A stretch of 64,000 nucleotides of DNA from Sphingomonadales bacterium (GTDB lineage Bacteria; Bacteroidota; Bacteroidia; UBA7662): contig VHAX01000003.1 of assembly GCA_016872215.1 (NCBI GenBank), positions 8,820 to 72,819 of the forward strand. Reading direction: 5' to 3'. The position numbers were made by a program, and so were the translations under genes. The notes beneath the pieces are model-generated. The model saw nothing but the letters and a program-made list of their open reading frames with translations, ran no database searches and was not told where the DNA came from. This document shows, in pieces, positions 38,412-48,677 of this stretch; the stretch's first letter is position 1, and each line of letters starts with the position of its first letter.

Positions 38412-39332
38412 GTGATTATCCCCCACATAGGCGATACCCCATGGCCGCCCCATCCCGGCCAACCTGTATTTCTCGCTCAAATCGATTCCACCAACCAGGA
38501 GGCGATCCGGCGGGCTGCTCTGGAAACGACAAACAGCCTGCTTCTGGTTGCGGAGCAGCAAACCGCAGGAAGGGGACAAAGGGGACAAGCCTGGGAAAGT
38601 GATGGGGGCTTGAACCTCCTCTGCACCTGGCTCATTGGGGGAGGAGGCCTTCCCTCCTCATCGGCCTTTCTCCTGAATATGGCCGTGGCCTGCGCTTTGT
38701 GCGACACGGGCGCGCACTGGCTGGGAAATCAATCGAAAATAAAATGGCCCAATGACCTCTGGTACCTGCCCGGATCTAATAATTTTGATGCAGGAGAGAT
38801 TAATCCAACTGTAACATCCCCCTTAATAGAAGACAAAAAGGTATCAGATCTTGGTCGGAAATGGGGGGGGATTCTCATAGAAAACCAGATCTCCGGGGTG
38901 GTATTTCGACACTCCGCAATAGGATTCGGGCTCAACATCAACCAAACCCGTTTCGGTCAACATTTGCCGCTGGCCGCATCGCTGAAGTCCATAACAGGGA
39001 AGGAAGTGAATCGGGACGAAGTGTTGCATTTAGCCATCAATCAAATGCGAACCTGGTTGGAAAAAATCAAGAGGGATGAGCACATCGTTATATCGGATGG
39101 GTACTTAAACCGGTTGTGGGGTTGTCATGAATTTTGTGATTTTTCCCTGAACGGCAATAGATTCAGTGCCCGAATCGAGGGAGTTGACCCCCAAACCGGT
39201 GAATTGATAATTTTCGATGGACGTCAAATCCTGCGTGGTGTACATCCTGAATTGCGTCAGTGTGTCCCCTGTACAGAATCAGAGACCGAAGATTCTGAAA
39301 TTTTATCTGCGAAGTGCTCTCAAAACGTCTGA
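38412..39332 (+). CDS. birA: Biotin--acetyl-CoA-carboxylase ligase (group I BirA, no HTH)
   Basis: IDSTN, QTAGRGQRG, KIKWPND, KWGGILIEN and IGFGLNINQ. Confidence 0.92.
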   Translation: MIIPHIGDTPWPPHPGQPVFLAQIDSTNQEAIRRAALETTNSLLLVAEQQTAGRGQRGQAWESDGGLNLLCTWLIGGGGLPSSSAFLLNMAVACALCDTGAHWLGNQSKIKWPNDLWYLPGSNNFDAGEINPTVTSPLIEDKKVSDLGRKWGGILIENQISGVVFRHSAIGFGLNINQTRFGQHLPLAASLKSITGKEVNRDEVLHLAINQMRTWLEKIKRDEHIVISDGYLNRLWGCHEFCDFSLNGNRFSARIEGVDPQTGELIIFDGRQILRGVHPELRQCVPCTESETEDSEILSAKCSQNV

Positions 39333-39336
39333 ACAC

Positions 39337-40146
39337 ATGTCATTTTCATGCACACCCATCTTTCGCAGTTGGCCGACCGACCGGGAGACCCAAACCGCCG
39401 GGCATCTGCGACAGGACCGCTACCATACCCTTGCAATCGATGCGGGCAACACCCGGATCAAGGCAGGATGGTTCGCTGAAGACCAAATGATCGAGGTCTG
39501 GCAGATTGCTTCCACTGATTTCGGGGCGGCGATGCTTCCCATTTCCACCAATCGCGCTGTGGTATGCTCTGTGGGTTACCCCGAATCCGACTTACAAGAG
39601 TGGCTGATCCAACGGGGTGTGGCGGGGGTACGCATCATTCAGTCAGGCGATCCGCTGCCCTTCCCATCCGACTACAAGACCCCGGAAACCTTGGGTAGCG
39701 ACCGTAAAATGATGGTGCATGCGGCCAATGTCTTATACCCCGGAATCCCCAGACTTGTCGTGTCCATGGGCACCTGCATCACCTACGATTGGATAAATTC
39801 TGATAATCGCCACCTTGGTGGCTACATCACCCCCGGGTTGCCCATGCGCTGGGAGGCAATGCACACGAAGACGGAAAGATTGCCACTTGTGCGTCCACCC
39901 GATATACAATCCGGCGGATCGACTCCCGGAACGGACACCCTTTCGGCCCTTCAATGGGGGGTTTTGCGATCCGTTCGCCATGAAATCAGGGGCTTATGGA
40001 CCGATTTCCAACACCACCAAAGGGATTCCAAATCGAGTCAACTCATTATTACCGGGGGAGATGCACATTTTTTTGAAATAATCCCGGAAGAGAGGATATT
40101 TGCCGCGCCTCATTTGGCGTTAATCGGGTTACATGCAATGCTGTAG
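39337..40146 (+). CDS. coaX: Type III pantothenate kinase
   Basis: AIDAGNTRIK, TLGSDR, VSMGTCITYD, GGYITPG and IITGGDA. Start uncertain. Confidence 0.92.
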   Translation: MSFSCTPIFRSWPTDRETQTAGHLRQDRYHTLAIDAGNTRIKAGWFAEDQMIEVWQIASTDFGAAMLPISTNRAVVCSVGYPESDLQEWLIQRGVAGVRIIQSGDPLPFPSDYKTPETLGSDRKMMVHAANVLYPGIPRLVVSMGTCITYDWINSDNRHLGGYITPGLPMRWEAMHTKTERLPLVRPPDIQSGGSTPGTDTLSALQWGVLRSVRHEIRGLWTDFQHHQRDSKSSQLIITGGDAHFFEIIPEERIFAAPHLALIGLHAML

Positions 40147-41503
40147 TTTTACTAAAAGTATTTTTGGGGGAGGCGCGCTCTTCGTCCTGTTATTTGTTGG
40201 TTTTACTCCTTTTCATGCCCATTCACAGGCACTCAACCTGGGGTCGCCCTATTCCCTTTATGGACCCGGCGATGTGCAGCTACCCACACTGGCCCAGCAC
40301 AAGGCGGTAGGCTCGGCCCTAACAGGGTGGTTCGATTCAACCTCACTGAATGTCTGCAATCCGGCCGGACTATCTGGTGTGCGCCTCACGAGTCTCGAAA
40401 TGGGCAGCATCGGCTACTTCGCCCGACTCAGTGATGGGCAGCGGGAACTGGATCGCTCCAATATCAATTTTTCCTATTTGCTCGTAGGATTCCCTATTTC
40501 GCGCCGGTGGTCGACCGCTTTTGGATTCATGCCGTATTCGTTTGTGAACTACCATGTCGTACAGCAGGTCGACTCCGGATTTGCCCAATGGCGCGAAGAA
40601 TTTAAAGGAAAGGGAGGCTATAATCAGGTTTTGTGGGTTCACGGGGTGTCGCTGGGCAAGAATTGGCATGCTGGCCTCACTACCCGATGGGTTTTCGGTA
40701 GTAAGGGACAAGAACGACTGCAGGTGTATCCCTTTCAGGATAGTTTGTTCCGCTACAACCTGCGCATTACCGAGCAAGCACGGGTTTCGGATATGCAGTT
40801 TACGGTTGGACTTCAGTACAGACGGGTATTTGATGCGACAACCCCCACATCCGGAGCAGGTCGCACCGGGTCGGGGCGTGACCAAACAACGGGCTTTCGG
40901 TTCATCAACGCAGGCGTTTCGGTTGACCTGCCTGCATCATTTGGCGTTCGACAGACCGTGGTGGCGGATCGGTTCACCTATCAAGGCAATAACCTGATTG
41001 TACGAGATACGCTTCAAAATAACAGCCGTGATGGTGTGGCCATGCAGATCCCGATCGGCTGGTCGGCCGGTGTACATTGGGGCATCAACCGCAAATGGCA
41101 GTGGATGGGCGATGGTGGACAAACGTTATGGAGCAATTTCCAGTATTCTGGTGCTCTGGATTCTCTCAACAATTCATGGTTCGTGCGTTCGGGGTTTCAA
41201 TTTACTCCGGCGTGGGACCGCTACAAGGGCGACAGCCGCCTGAAGTCGATTCGCTACCGAATGGGCATGCGTTTTCAAAAAGGCCCAGTTGCCATAATGG
41301 GTGAGTCGATCGATGAATTGGGTTTGAGTTTAGGTATGGGAATCCCCGTTCGGAGGATTTTGTCGCAACCCATGTTGCATACTACTTTGGAAGTGGCCCG
41401 CAGGGGCACACTCAACCAGAGTTTGGTCAGGGAACAGATGATTCGGCTCAGTCTGGGGCTCACACTCAACGACACCTGGTTTATTAAGCGCAGATACGAT
41501 TGA
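40133..41503 (+). CDS. FadL/TodX-like outer membrane beta-barrel (candidate Bacteroidota BAM accessory subunit)
   Basis: Signal peptide, SPYSLYGPGD plug, NPAGLS, amphipathic strands and terminal WFIKRRYD. Confidence 0.7.
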   Translation: MQCCSFTKSIFGGGALFVLLFVGFTPFHAHSQALNLGSPYSLYGPGDVQLPTLAQHKAVGSALTGWFDSTSLNVCNPAGLSGVRLTSLEMGSIGYFARLSDGQRELDRSNINFSYLLVGFPISRRWSTAFGFMPYSFVNYHVVQQVDSGFAQWREEFKGKGGYNQVLWVHGVSLGKNWHAGLTTRWVFGSKGQERLQVYPFQDSLFRYNLRITEQARVSDMQFTVGLQYRRVFDATTPTSGAGRTGSGRDQTTGFRFINAGVSVDLPASFGVRQTVVADRFTYQGNNLIVRDTLQNNSRDGVAMQIPIGWSAGVHWGINRKWQWMGDGGQTLWSNFQYSGALDSLNNSWFVRSGFQFTPAWDRYKGDSRLKSIRYRMGMRFQKGPVAIMGESIDELGLSLGMGIPVRRILSQPMLHTTLEVARRGTLNQSLVREQMIRLSLGLTLNDTWFIKRRYD

Positions 41504-41641
41504 ATTTGGCTGAAAAATCGGATATTTGCCGCCTTTCCGTCAAAAGAAATTTTATTGGCGGGAGATTTGCTTCAAACAAGATTTAATCACTCCACTTACG
41601 TTTTTACGTCCCACTTTTATCAACAGAATCAATATCCCATC

Positions 41642-42979
41642 ATGAAAACGTTCCATTCATTCCTGCTGTTTCTTCTGATCACCCTAGGTTTTTCACAGGT
41701 TTGGGCCCAAAGCAATCCCTGTGTCAATAAATTCGGGACCGATAGCGTCAGCACCATCAAAAACATCTCGGTGTACCGTGAGTTTTTCAAGCAAAAAAAT
41801 TATGCATCAGCCCTCGAGTCGTGGTTGTATGTGTTCGATCAGGCGCCCTGCGCTCGGGAACAAACGCACATCGATGGGGTGATCATGTATAAAGCGTTTC
41901 TGGCGGAGAACCCTTCAGCCGGGCGCAAAGAGCAGTTGATTGACACGATTCTAAAGATTTATGATACGCGCATTCTTTCGTTCCCCAAATCCGCTGCATC
42001 AACCACAGCCAGAAAGGGCGTGGATCTGCTCGCCCTTCGTCCCGAGCCCAATGCGGAGGTCATGAACACCTTTAAAAAGGTTTTGGATTTGGGCGGGAAC
42101 AGTGTAGAGTCTTTTGTTCTAACTAATTATTTTAAAACCGTATTGAAGGAGGTTGCGTCTGGTAGGTTTGATAAATCGCTTGCGGTGGATGTCTACAACC
42201 AGCTCAACCAAATTGCCGATTTCAACATCGCCAATTCAAAGGATAGTACGGGTAAGGAGGCCGAGAAATTTGCACAGGCCAAGCTGGTACTCGATGCCGA
42301 TCTGGCCGGTAACCTGGTTAAGGATTGTCAGGATATCATCCGAAATTTTGGCGCCCGTTACGAGGCAAACCCGGGCGATAAGCAGTTGCGTGATTTGGTG
42401 TACGGGATGTTGATAGGCAAAGGCTGTACGCAGGAGCCGATTTTTATCAAAGTAGCCGAGAGCCGATTGGAGGACACGGGAGAAGAGCGGTTGGCATTGC
42501 TGCTGGCTCGAATGTACAAGCAGAAGGAGCAAATGGAAAAAGCCATAGGCTTCTACCAGAAAGCCGTTGCCGCTGCTCAAAACGACTCTGCCAAATCCCA
42601 GTACTGCTACGAAATGGCCGCGATCTACAGCGACCAGGAACAGCATTCGAAGGCTCGTCAGATGGCGCAGGAAGCAATCAAATACAGAGCGGATTGGGGC
42701 AAACCATACATTTTTATTGGTGATTTGTATGCTTCGAGTGCAGGTCGGTGCGGCGAGGGAATTGCCTCCCAATCGGTGTATTGGGCAGCAGTTGATAAGT
42801 ACAAAAAAGCCCGTGAAATCGATCCTTCGTGCACTGAAGAGGCCACCCAGAGGATCAATAAGTACACCAACTATTTTCCAGATATGGAGGCCTTGTTCTT
42901 TCAGAGCATAACCCCTGGAAGCGTTTATTCGGTGGGTTGCTGGATCAACGAGGGCACGTCAGTACGGGCCCGGAATTAA
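41642..42979 (+). CDS. Exported tetratricopeptide repeat protein
   Basis: Signal peptide MKTFHSFLLFLLITLGFSQVWA, helical repeats (AIGFYQKAV, PYIFIGDLYA) and paired Cys residues. Confidence 0.85.
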   Translation: MKTFHSFLLFLLITLGFSQVWAQSNPCVNKFGTDSVSTIKNISVYREFFKQKNYASALESWLYVFDQAPCAREQTHIDGVIMYKAFLAENPSAGRKEQLIDTILKIYDTRILSFPKSAASTTARKGVDLLALRPEPNAEVMNTFKKVLDLGGNSVESFVLTNYFKTVLKEVASGRFDKSLAVDVYNQLNQIADFNIANSKDSTGKEAEKFAQAKLVLDADLAGNLVKDCQDIIRNFGARYEANPGDKQLRDLVYGMLIGKGCTQEPIFIKVAESRLEDTGEERLALLLARMYKQKEQMEKAIGFYQKAVAAAQNDSAKSQYCYEMAAIYSDQEQHSKARQMAQEAIKYRADWGKPYIFIGDLYASSAGRCGEGIASQSVYWAAVDKYKKAREIDPSCTEEATQRINKYTNYFPDMEALFFQSITPGSVYSVGCWINEGTSVRARN

Positions 42980-42986
42980 TCGAGGG

Positions 42987-43538
42987 GTGTTGGAAGGTAG
43001 TGTTCGTGTTCGGTGTATAACCGGAGTTTGGATCGGATTACTTTCGATTCCGGGCTTATCCTGCGATAAATCCGCACGGAACGCTCCCAAGCCCCCAGAA
43101 GTGGGCGTGGAAATTGCCCGCGATGTGGAGTTGATATTTTCGGATTCGGGCCGGGTTCAGGTCGTGCTTCAGGCACCCCTGGTGGTGCGTCGGCAGGGTA
43201 ATGATCCGGTTGTGGAGATGACCCATGGGGTGAGGGCCTCATTTTATGATCACCGTGGCCGGGTGAATAGTTACCTCACCGCCCGAGAGGCCTACCGCTA
43301 TCCTCGCAAGCGATTGATGCAGGCCAGAGGTAATGTGGTGGTTACGAACAGCGAGGGGGATACTCTATTTACGGAGCGATTGCAATGGGAGGAGCAAAAG
43401 GGACGAATCAGCAGCGATGCCTATGTGCGGATTGTGCGCCCCGATGAGGTTCTGTTTGGGGATGGATTGGAATCCGACGATCGGTTTGAAAATTATCGTA
43501 TTCTGAATACACGGGGTACATTTAAGGTGCAGCCATAA
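42987..43538 (+). CDS. lptC: LPS export periplasmic protein LptC
   Basis: VELIFSDSG, ARGNVVVTNSEGDTLFTERLQW, ISSDAYVRI and GDGLESD jellyroll strands. Confidence 0.85.
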   Translation: MLEGSVRVRCITGVWIGLLSIPGLSCDKSARNAPKPPEVGVEIARDVELIFSDSGRVQVVLQAPLVVRRQGNDPVVEMTHGVRASFYDHRGRVNSYLTAREAYRYPRKRLMQARGNVVVTNSEGDTLFTERLQWEEQKGRISSDAYVRIVRPDEVLFGDGLESDDRFENYRILNTRGTFKVQP

Positions 43539-43565
43539 CCGAAATTTGAGCGCATTATCGAGTGG

Positions 43566-44849
43566 TTGCGTATGTTTGCAAGAATGGACGGGTTGATTAT
43601 TGTTTTGGCATTGGCGTTCTCTGCCTTTTTCTCGGGCATGGAGATTGCATACTTCACTGCTAACCGGTTTCGCATTGAGTTGAAGAGCAAGCAGGGCCAG
43701 ATGGGAGGCCGGATCATGTCGGCTTTTGTGCACCGGCCCGCTGAGTTTCTTGGGCTCATTTTGGTGGGCAATAATTTTGCGTTGGTGGTCTACGGTTCGG
43801 TGATGTCGACCCTGCTTCAGGAGCCGGTTCGTTTATGGTTGGGGCCCTCCTATGCTACAGCGTCGCTGGAATTGCTGACTCAGAGCGTACTATCGACGCT
43901 GGTGGTCCTTGTTTTGGGCGAATTTTTGCCCAAAAGTTTGTTCACCATGGCCGCTGACCGCCTGTTGCTGTCCCTTGCGGTACCCATTCAGGTGTGCTAC
44001 TATCTGTTTTATCCCCTCGTGAAAGGGGTAGTTTGGATTAGCCAAACGTTGCTGGGCCTGTTCGGGTTGAGTAAGGATGACGGGCGACTGATCTTTGGAA
44101 AGCAGGATTTGGATTATCTGTTACAGGATAAATCGGGCGATACCGAGGGTGCCTACTGGGAGAACCCATCGGAATTGGAGTATTTGCAGAACGCGTTGTC
44201 GTTTACCGAAGTGAAGGTGCGTTCGTGTATGGTGCCCCGCACGGAGCTGGTGGCGGTAGCGGTTACGGAATCACCTGATCGATTGCGAAAGTTATTTGCC
44301 GAATCGGAGCACTCGAAGATTTTGGTGTATGAGGGAACGATCGACCACATTACGGGCTATATTCATTTTCAGTCGATGTTGGATGCCGTGCCCGATATTG
44401 CTTCCGTAACCCTGCCCATTCCCATCGTTCCCGAAAGTAAGCCAGCCATGGAGTTGCTACGCGATTTCAACATACACCGCAAAAGTATCGCCCTGGTCGT
44501 TGATGAATTTGGCGTAACCAGCGGAATTGTGACAGTGGAAGATTTGATTGAGGAGATTTTTGGGGAAATCGAAGACGAACACGATTCGGAAGATCTCGTG
44601 GAGCAGGTAATTTCCGATGAGGAATACCTGTTTTCGGCTCGACTAGAAGTGGATTACCTGAATGAACAGTACGGATTGAATCTGCCTTTGGGTGACTACA
44701 CGACTCTGGGTGGACTAATCCTCGAGCGGGATCCTGACATACCAGAAGCGAACAAGGAAATCGAACTTCCTGGATATCACTGTACGGTTCTAAAGGTGAA
44801 CCGCACCCGGATCGATTTGGTCCGGTTGCGTCGTGTAGACTTGGAATGA
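43566..44849 (+). CDS. Hemolysin/CNNM family protein (DUF21-CBS-CorC)
   Basis: FSAFFSGMEIAY, VLGEFLPKS, MVPRTE, VVDEFGVTSGIVTVEDLIEEIFGEIEDEHD and TLGGLI. Confidence 0.93.
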   Translation: MRMFARMDGLIIVLALAFSAFFSGMEIAYFTANRFRIELKSKQGQMGGRIMSAFVHRPAEFLGLILVGNNFALVVYGSVMSTLLQEPVRLWLGPSYATASLELLTQSVLSTLVVLVLGEFLPKSLFTMAADRLLLSLAVPIQVCYYLFYPLVKGVVWISQTLLGLFGLSKDDGRLIFGKQDLDYLLQDKSGDTEGAYWENPSELEYLQNALSFTEVKVRSCMVPRTELVAVAVTESPDRLRKLFAESEHSKILVYEGTIDHITGYIHFQSMLDAVPDIASVTLPIPIVPESKPAMELLRDFNIHRKSIALVVDEFGVTSGIVTVEDLIEEIFGEIEDEHDSEDLVEQVISDEEYLFSARLEVDYLNEQYGLNLPLGDYTTLGGLILERDPDIPEANKEIELPGYHCTVLKVNRTRIDLVRLRRVDLE

Positions 44850-44905
44850 GTACACACCCTGTCTTGGAATCTCTGCAATCATCTTGTTTTTTGTCGTAAT
44901 TCCCT

Positions 44906-44913
44906 TACTTTTG
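44906..44913 (+). promoter_or_regulatory. -7 element upstream of the PpiD-like gene
   Basis: TACTTTTG, 31 nt before the ATG. Confidence 0.55.
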
Positions 44914-44944
44914 CACACTTTTTAATTTTATTAGATTTATTAGA

Positions 44945-47050
44945 ATGTCAATCATAACACAGATTAGAAATAAGGCAGGTTTGATGGTCATACTCATTGG
45001 TTTGGCCCTGGTTTCGTTCCTGTTGATGGATGTTTTCTCCCAAAACAGCCTTTTTAATCAAAACAATTCGAATGTAATTGGTGAAATCGACGGCGAGGAG
45101 ATAACCGCCCCGATGTTTGAGGAGCGTGTGGAAGAAGCCGTAGAAAACTACAAGGCCAACTCAAAAACGGATAAAGTTGATGAGGCCACCCTGTCATCGC
45201 TGCGCGACCAGGTTTGGAATGAGCTGGTTAGGGAGCGAATTATGAAAAATACCACTTCCGACTTGGGGCTTGCCGTATCCCGCGAGGAGTTGTTTGACAT
45301 GGTGCAGGGGTCTCAGATTCATCCTTCAGTAAAACAAGCCTTCACGGATCCCAACACTGGTAATTTCGACCGCAATCAGGTGCTGAAATTCCTCCGCGAA
45401 ATCGACCAACAACCCGAGGAGATGCAGAACAAATGGAAGGCATTTGAAAAATATTTGATTTCGGACCGCGAGAACGAAAAATACAATAACCTCATAACCA
45501 AAGGCCTGTATGTGACCAATTTTTCGGCTCAGACTTTTATGAAGCAGGTGTTTGAGACAGCTTCCGGTCGGTTTCTACGTGTTGATTACAGCACGATCGC
45601 AGACAGTAGTATAGAGGCCCCGGAGGACGAGCTACGCAAATGGTATCAGGAGCATGCCTGGGAGTTCAAGAGTAAGGAGGAACAAAGAAATCTGGATTAT
45701 GCGGTGTTTGAAGTGAAACCGTCATCCGACGATCGGGATGCGCTGCTCAAGAAAATGAATGAAATCCGTATGGCATGGTTGTCGACCGACGATGATTCTA
45801 TGTTTGTGGTCATGAATTCCGAGCAGCCGGGTGACGATAAATACTATGCCCAAACCGGGCTGACCGATGAAACCCGCAATAAATTGTTTGGTGATACCAT
45901 CGGTGCCCTCAGCGAAGTGTATCAGGACGGAAATATGTACAAACTCACAAGGCTGGCCAGGAGAATGGTACGTCCGGATTCTGTTAAAGCCCGCCATATT
46001 TTGGTGAAAGTGAAGGAGACCGAAACCGAGGAAACAGCCAGAAAACGGGCCGATAGTTTGTTGCAACTGGTGAAAAATGCTGGCGATTTCGCCTCTTTGG
46101 CCAGAGACAATAGTGAAGACCCCGGATCGGGAACGAATGGCGGGGACTTAGGTTTTTTTGCTGAGGGAGCCATGGTTAAACCATTTAATGACGCCTGTTT
46201 TGAGGGCAAGAGGGGGGATAAATTGCTCGTTAAATCAGATTTTGGATTTCACGTCATTGAAATAACCGATCAGAAGGGTGGCCGCACCATGGCAAGGTTT
46301 GCAACAGTGACCTATGAGCTGAGCGCCGGAACCGAGACCTACAGGGTGGCATATGATTCCGCCTCTGCGTTTGTGTCGAGGATAAAGGACAAAGATGGTT
46401 TTGAGCAAGAGGCTAAGAAATCCGGATTGGAAAAGCGTTCTGCAGAAGGACTTAAGACGACCGACCGGGGTTTGGCTGGGCTCGACAATACACGAGAAGT
46501 GGTCCGCTGGGCCTTCCGTTCGGAGAATGGAAACGTGAGTCCCGTTTTCGAATCGCAGCGGCAGTTTGTGGTGGCGATTCTAACAGTTAGTATTCCTAAG
46601 GGAATTAAGCCTTTTGAGGCCGTACGCAGCGTGGTGGAAGCGCGCTACAAGCGCGACAAAAAAGCGGAGCAGATCTCCAAAAAGCTAGAGGAAACACGTA
46701 AAAAAGAGGGTAATAGTGTGGAGCGTATGGCAATAGGTATGGGGACTGTGGCACAGACTTATGCCGCTGTAAATTTTGGGTCGGGCTTCCTAAACAACAT
46801 TGGAATGGAACCAAAAGTGTCCGGATTCATTTTTGGCTGCAAGAAAGGCACGCTAAGCAAGCCCATCCACGGAAACAATGGGGTATTTGTTGTTGTGGTT
46901 GACTCCCTGACACCCATGCCCAAAGAAGCAGAACAAGGTCCTACGCACGGGAATCTGCGCAATCAGTTGAAGTCGCGCGTTGCGGGAGAAGGCCTCGCTG
47001 CCCGCAAGGAGTTGATCGCGATCAAAGACGAGCGGCATCTTTTTTATTGA
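44945..47050 (+). CDS. PpiD-like membrane-anchored parvulin chaperone (SurA N-terminal plus rotamase domains)
   Basis: N-terminal TM, GEIDGEEI, VKARHILV, FASLARDNSED and GGDLGFF...MVKPF...SDFGFHVI. Confidence 0.9.
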   Translation: MSIITQIRNKAGLMVILIGLALVSFLLMDVFSQNSLFNQNNSNVIGEIDGEEITAPMFEERVEEAVENYKANSKTDKVDEATLSSLRDQVWNELVRERIMKNTTSDLGLAVSREELFDMVQGSQIHPSVKQAFTDPNTGNFDRNQVLKFLREIDQQPEEMQNKWKAFEKYLISDRENEKYNNLITKGLYVTNFSAQTFMKQVFETASGRFLRVDYSTIADSSIEAPEDELRKWYQEHAWEFKSKEEQRNLDYAVFEVKPSSDDRDALLKKMNEIRMAWLSTDDDSMFVVMNSEQPGDDKYYAQTGLTDETRNKLFGDTIGALSEVYQDGNMYKLTRLARRMVRPDSVKARHILVKVKETETEETARKRADSLLQLVKNAGDFASLARDNSEDPGSGTNGGDLGFFAEGAMVKPFNDACFEGKRGDKLLVKSDFGFHVIEITDQKGGRTMARFATVTYELSAGTETYRVAYDSASAFVSRIKDKDGFEQEAKKSGLEKRSAEGLKTTDRGLAGLDNTREVVRWAFRSENGNVSPVFESQRQFVVAILTVSIPKGIKPFEAVRSVVEARYKRDKKAEQISKKLEETRKKEGNSVERMAIGMGTVAQTYAAVNFGSGFLNNIGMEPKVSGFIFGCKKGTLSKPIHGNNGVFVVVVDSLTPMPKEAEQGPTHGNLRNQLKSRVAGEGLAARKELIAIKDERHLFY

Positions 47051-47134
47051 TTCATTGTAAACCAACAACGGGTTTCGGGCGTTGGAATGGAATGACTGAA
47101 ACACGATGTTTTCAGTTCCTTTTTTTGATTTGAA

Positions 47135-47635
47135 ATGAGTCTGACCAATCGGGTTGCCTTGAGCGGCTTACAGTTGATTGAACCACAGAAGTGGCTCGAC
47201 AATCAGACATGTGTTGCATTCGACATAGCCCCCGGCTTGGAGCGTGGCATGATGCTGCGGGAGAAAGAATTCCGTCAGTTTTTGTCGGAATGGGACTGGT
47301 CGGCCTACACTAACCAGGATGCGGCGGTTTTTTGTAGCACCCCCGCATTGTTGCCAGCCTGGACTTCCCTTTTGGTGGGTCGGTATTTGGTAGAGGTCGG
47401 CGCTCGTCCGTTTTTGGGTACAGAATATGAACTTCGGGTACATTTGGCCATTCTTCAAATTCGCCGGGATGATTTCTCGGGCTATGCAGGACAAAGAATA
47501 GTTTTGAAAGGATGTGGTGGAGAAAAGTCTGATCGCTTAATCCTCGCCCTGTTGGAACGCCTCCAACCCCTTGTACGATCGATCATGTTTGGTGAACCCT
47601 GTTCTACTGTTCCCATCTATAAAAAAGGAGGATGA
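47135..47635 (+). CDS. DUF2480 family protein
   Basis: NRVALSGL, LREKEFRQF...DWSAY, IVLKGCG and RSIMFGEPCSTVPIYK. Confidence 0.8.
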   Translation: MSLTNRVALSGLQLIEPQKWLDNQTCVAFDIAPGLERGMMLREKEFRQFLSEWDWSAYTNQDAAVFCSTPALLPAWTSLLVGRYLVEVGARPFLGTEYELRVHLAILQIRRDDFSGYAGQRIVLKGCGGEKSDRLILALLERLQPLVRSIMFGEPCSTVPIYKKGG

Positions 47636-48642
47636 GCCATTTACTCGACAACAAGCGATTAATACAAGGATTTTTGCTTGTCATCCTCCTTGGGTTTTTG
47701 TTTAAGTTAACCACATCCAGCCGAAATTCGGAAGAAGCTCGACTGTTGGATGAGTTCTGGAGCCGATATTCCGTGCATGCGGTGCCGATTCCCGATAACA
47801 TGGAATTTGCTGGAGAGCGTGTGCCTCTGGAAGATTTTGAGGTGCGCGAAAGGGTGGATCGTGAGTTGCTGGTGAATACCTATTTCCAGTCGGCTACCAT
47901 ACTCAATATGAAAAGGTCGGCGCGTTGGTTCCCCATATTCGAACCCATTTTGAAGCAGTATGGTGTGCCCGATGACTTTAAATATCTGGCGGTCATCGAA
48001 AGTGGCCTGGCCAATGTGGTGAGTCCGTCGCAGGCAGCGGGTTTTTGGCAGTTTATTGAGTCGACCGGCAAGGCGTATGGACTCAGAATCGAAGAGGGTA
48101 TCGACGAGCGCTACGATCCAATTCGATCGACCCACGCGACATGTCGATTTTTGTTGGATGCGAAGAAGGAATTTGGTTCATGGGCCATGGCAGCTGCCGC
48201 TTTCAATATGGGGACCAGTGGCTTGCGCAAGCAGGTGCAACAACAGGGTCTAAGTGAATACTACGAGCTGTGGTTGAACCAGGAGACCAGTCGATATATG
48301 CCCCGACTCATAGCAACTAAATATATTTTCGAACACCCCAAGAGTTATGGTTATAGGCTGTCACCGGCCCAGAAGTATGCACCACTACCAGCAAACACAC
48401 TTATTGTAGATACCGCCATAATTGACTTAACTTCTTTCGCACGAACTCTTGGCAGCAACTATAAAGTATTCCGATCAAATAACCCTTGGATTCGTTCATA
48501 TTCTCTGCCTGCGCCTTCTCCCGGAAAGCCATACGCTTTCCGCGTTCCAGATCCTGGGAGTTCAGTTGATTTACCTGAGTTAACAGATTTCAGTAGTTTT
48601 CAGATGGGTGACAGCTCAATTGTTATACCTGAAACGAAATAA
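47632..48642 (+). CDS. Lytic transglycosylase (SLT domain)
   Basis: VPDDFKYLAVIESGL, AAGFWQF, GLRI...DERYD, AAAAFNMG, ETSRYMPR and FRSNNPW. Confidence 0.92.
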   Translation: MSHLLDNKRLIQGFLLVILLGFLFKLTTSSRNSEEARLLDEFWSRYSVHAVPIPDNMEFAGERVPLEDFEVRERVDRELLVNTYFQSATILNMKRSARWFPIFEPILKQYGVPDDFKYLAVIESGLANVVSPSQAAGFWQFIESTGKAYGLRIEEGIDERYDPIRSTHATCRFLLDAKKEFGSWAMAAAAFNMGTSGLRKQVQQQGLSEYYELWLNQETSRYMPRLIATKYIFEHPKSYGYRLSPAQKYAPLPANTLIVDTAIIDLTSFARTLGSNYKVFRSNNPWIRSYSLPAPSPGKPYAFRVPDPGSSVDLPELTDFSSFQMGDSSIVIPETK

Positions 48643-48677
48643 GTTCGAAGCCCATCGACCTGATTGAATCTAAGTAA

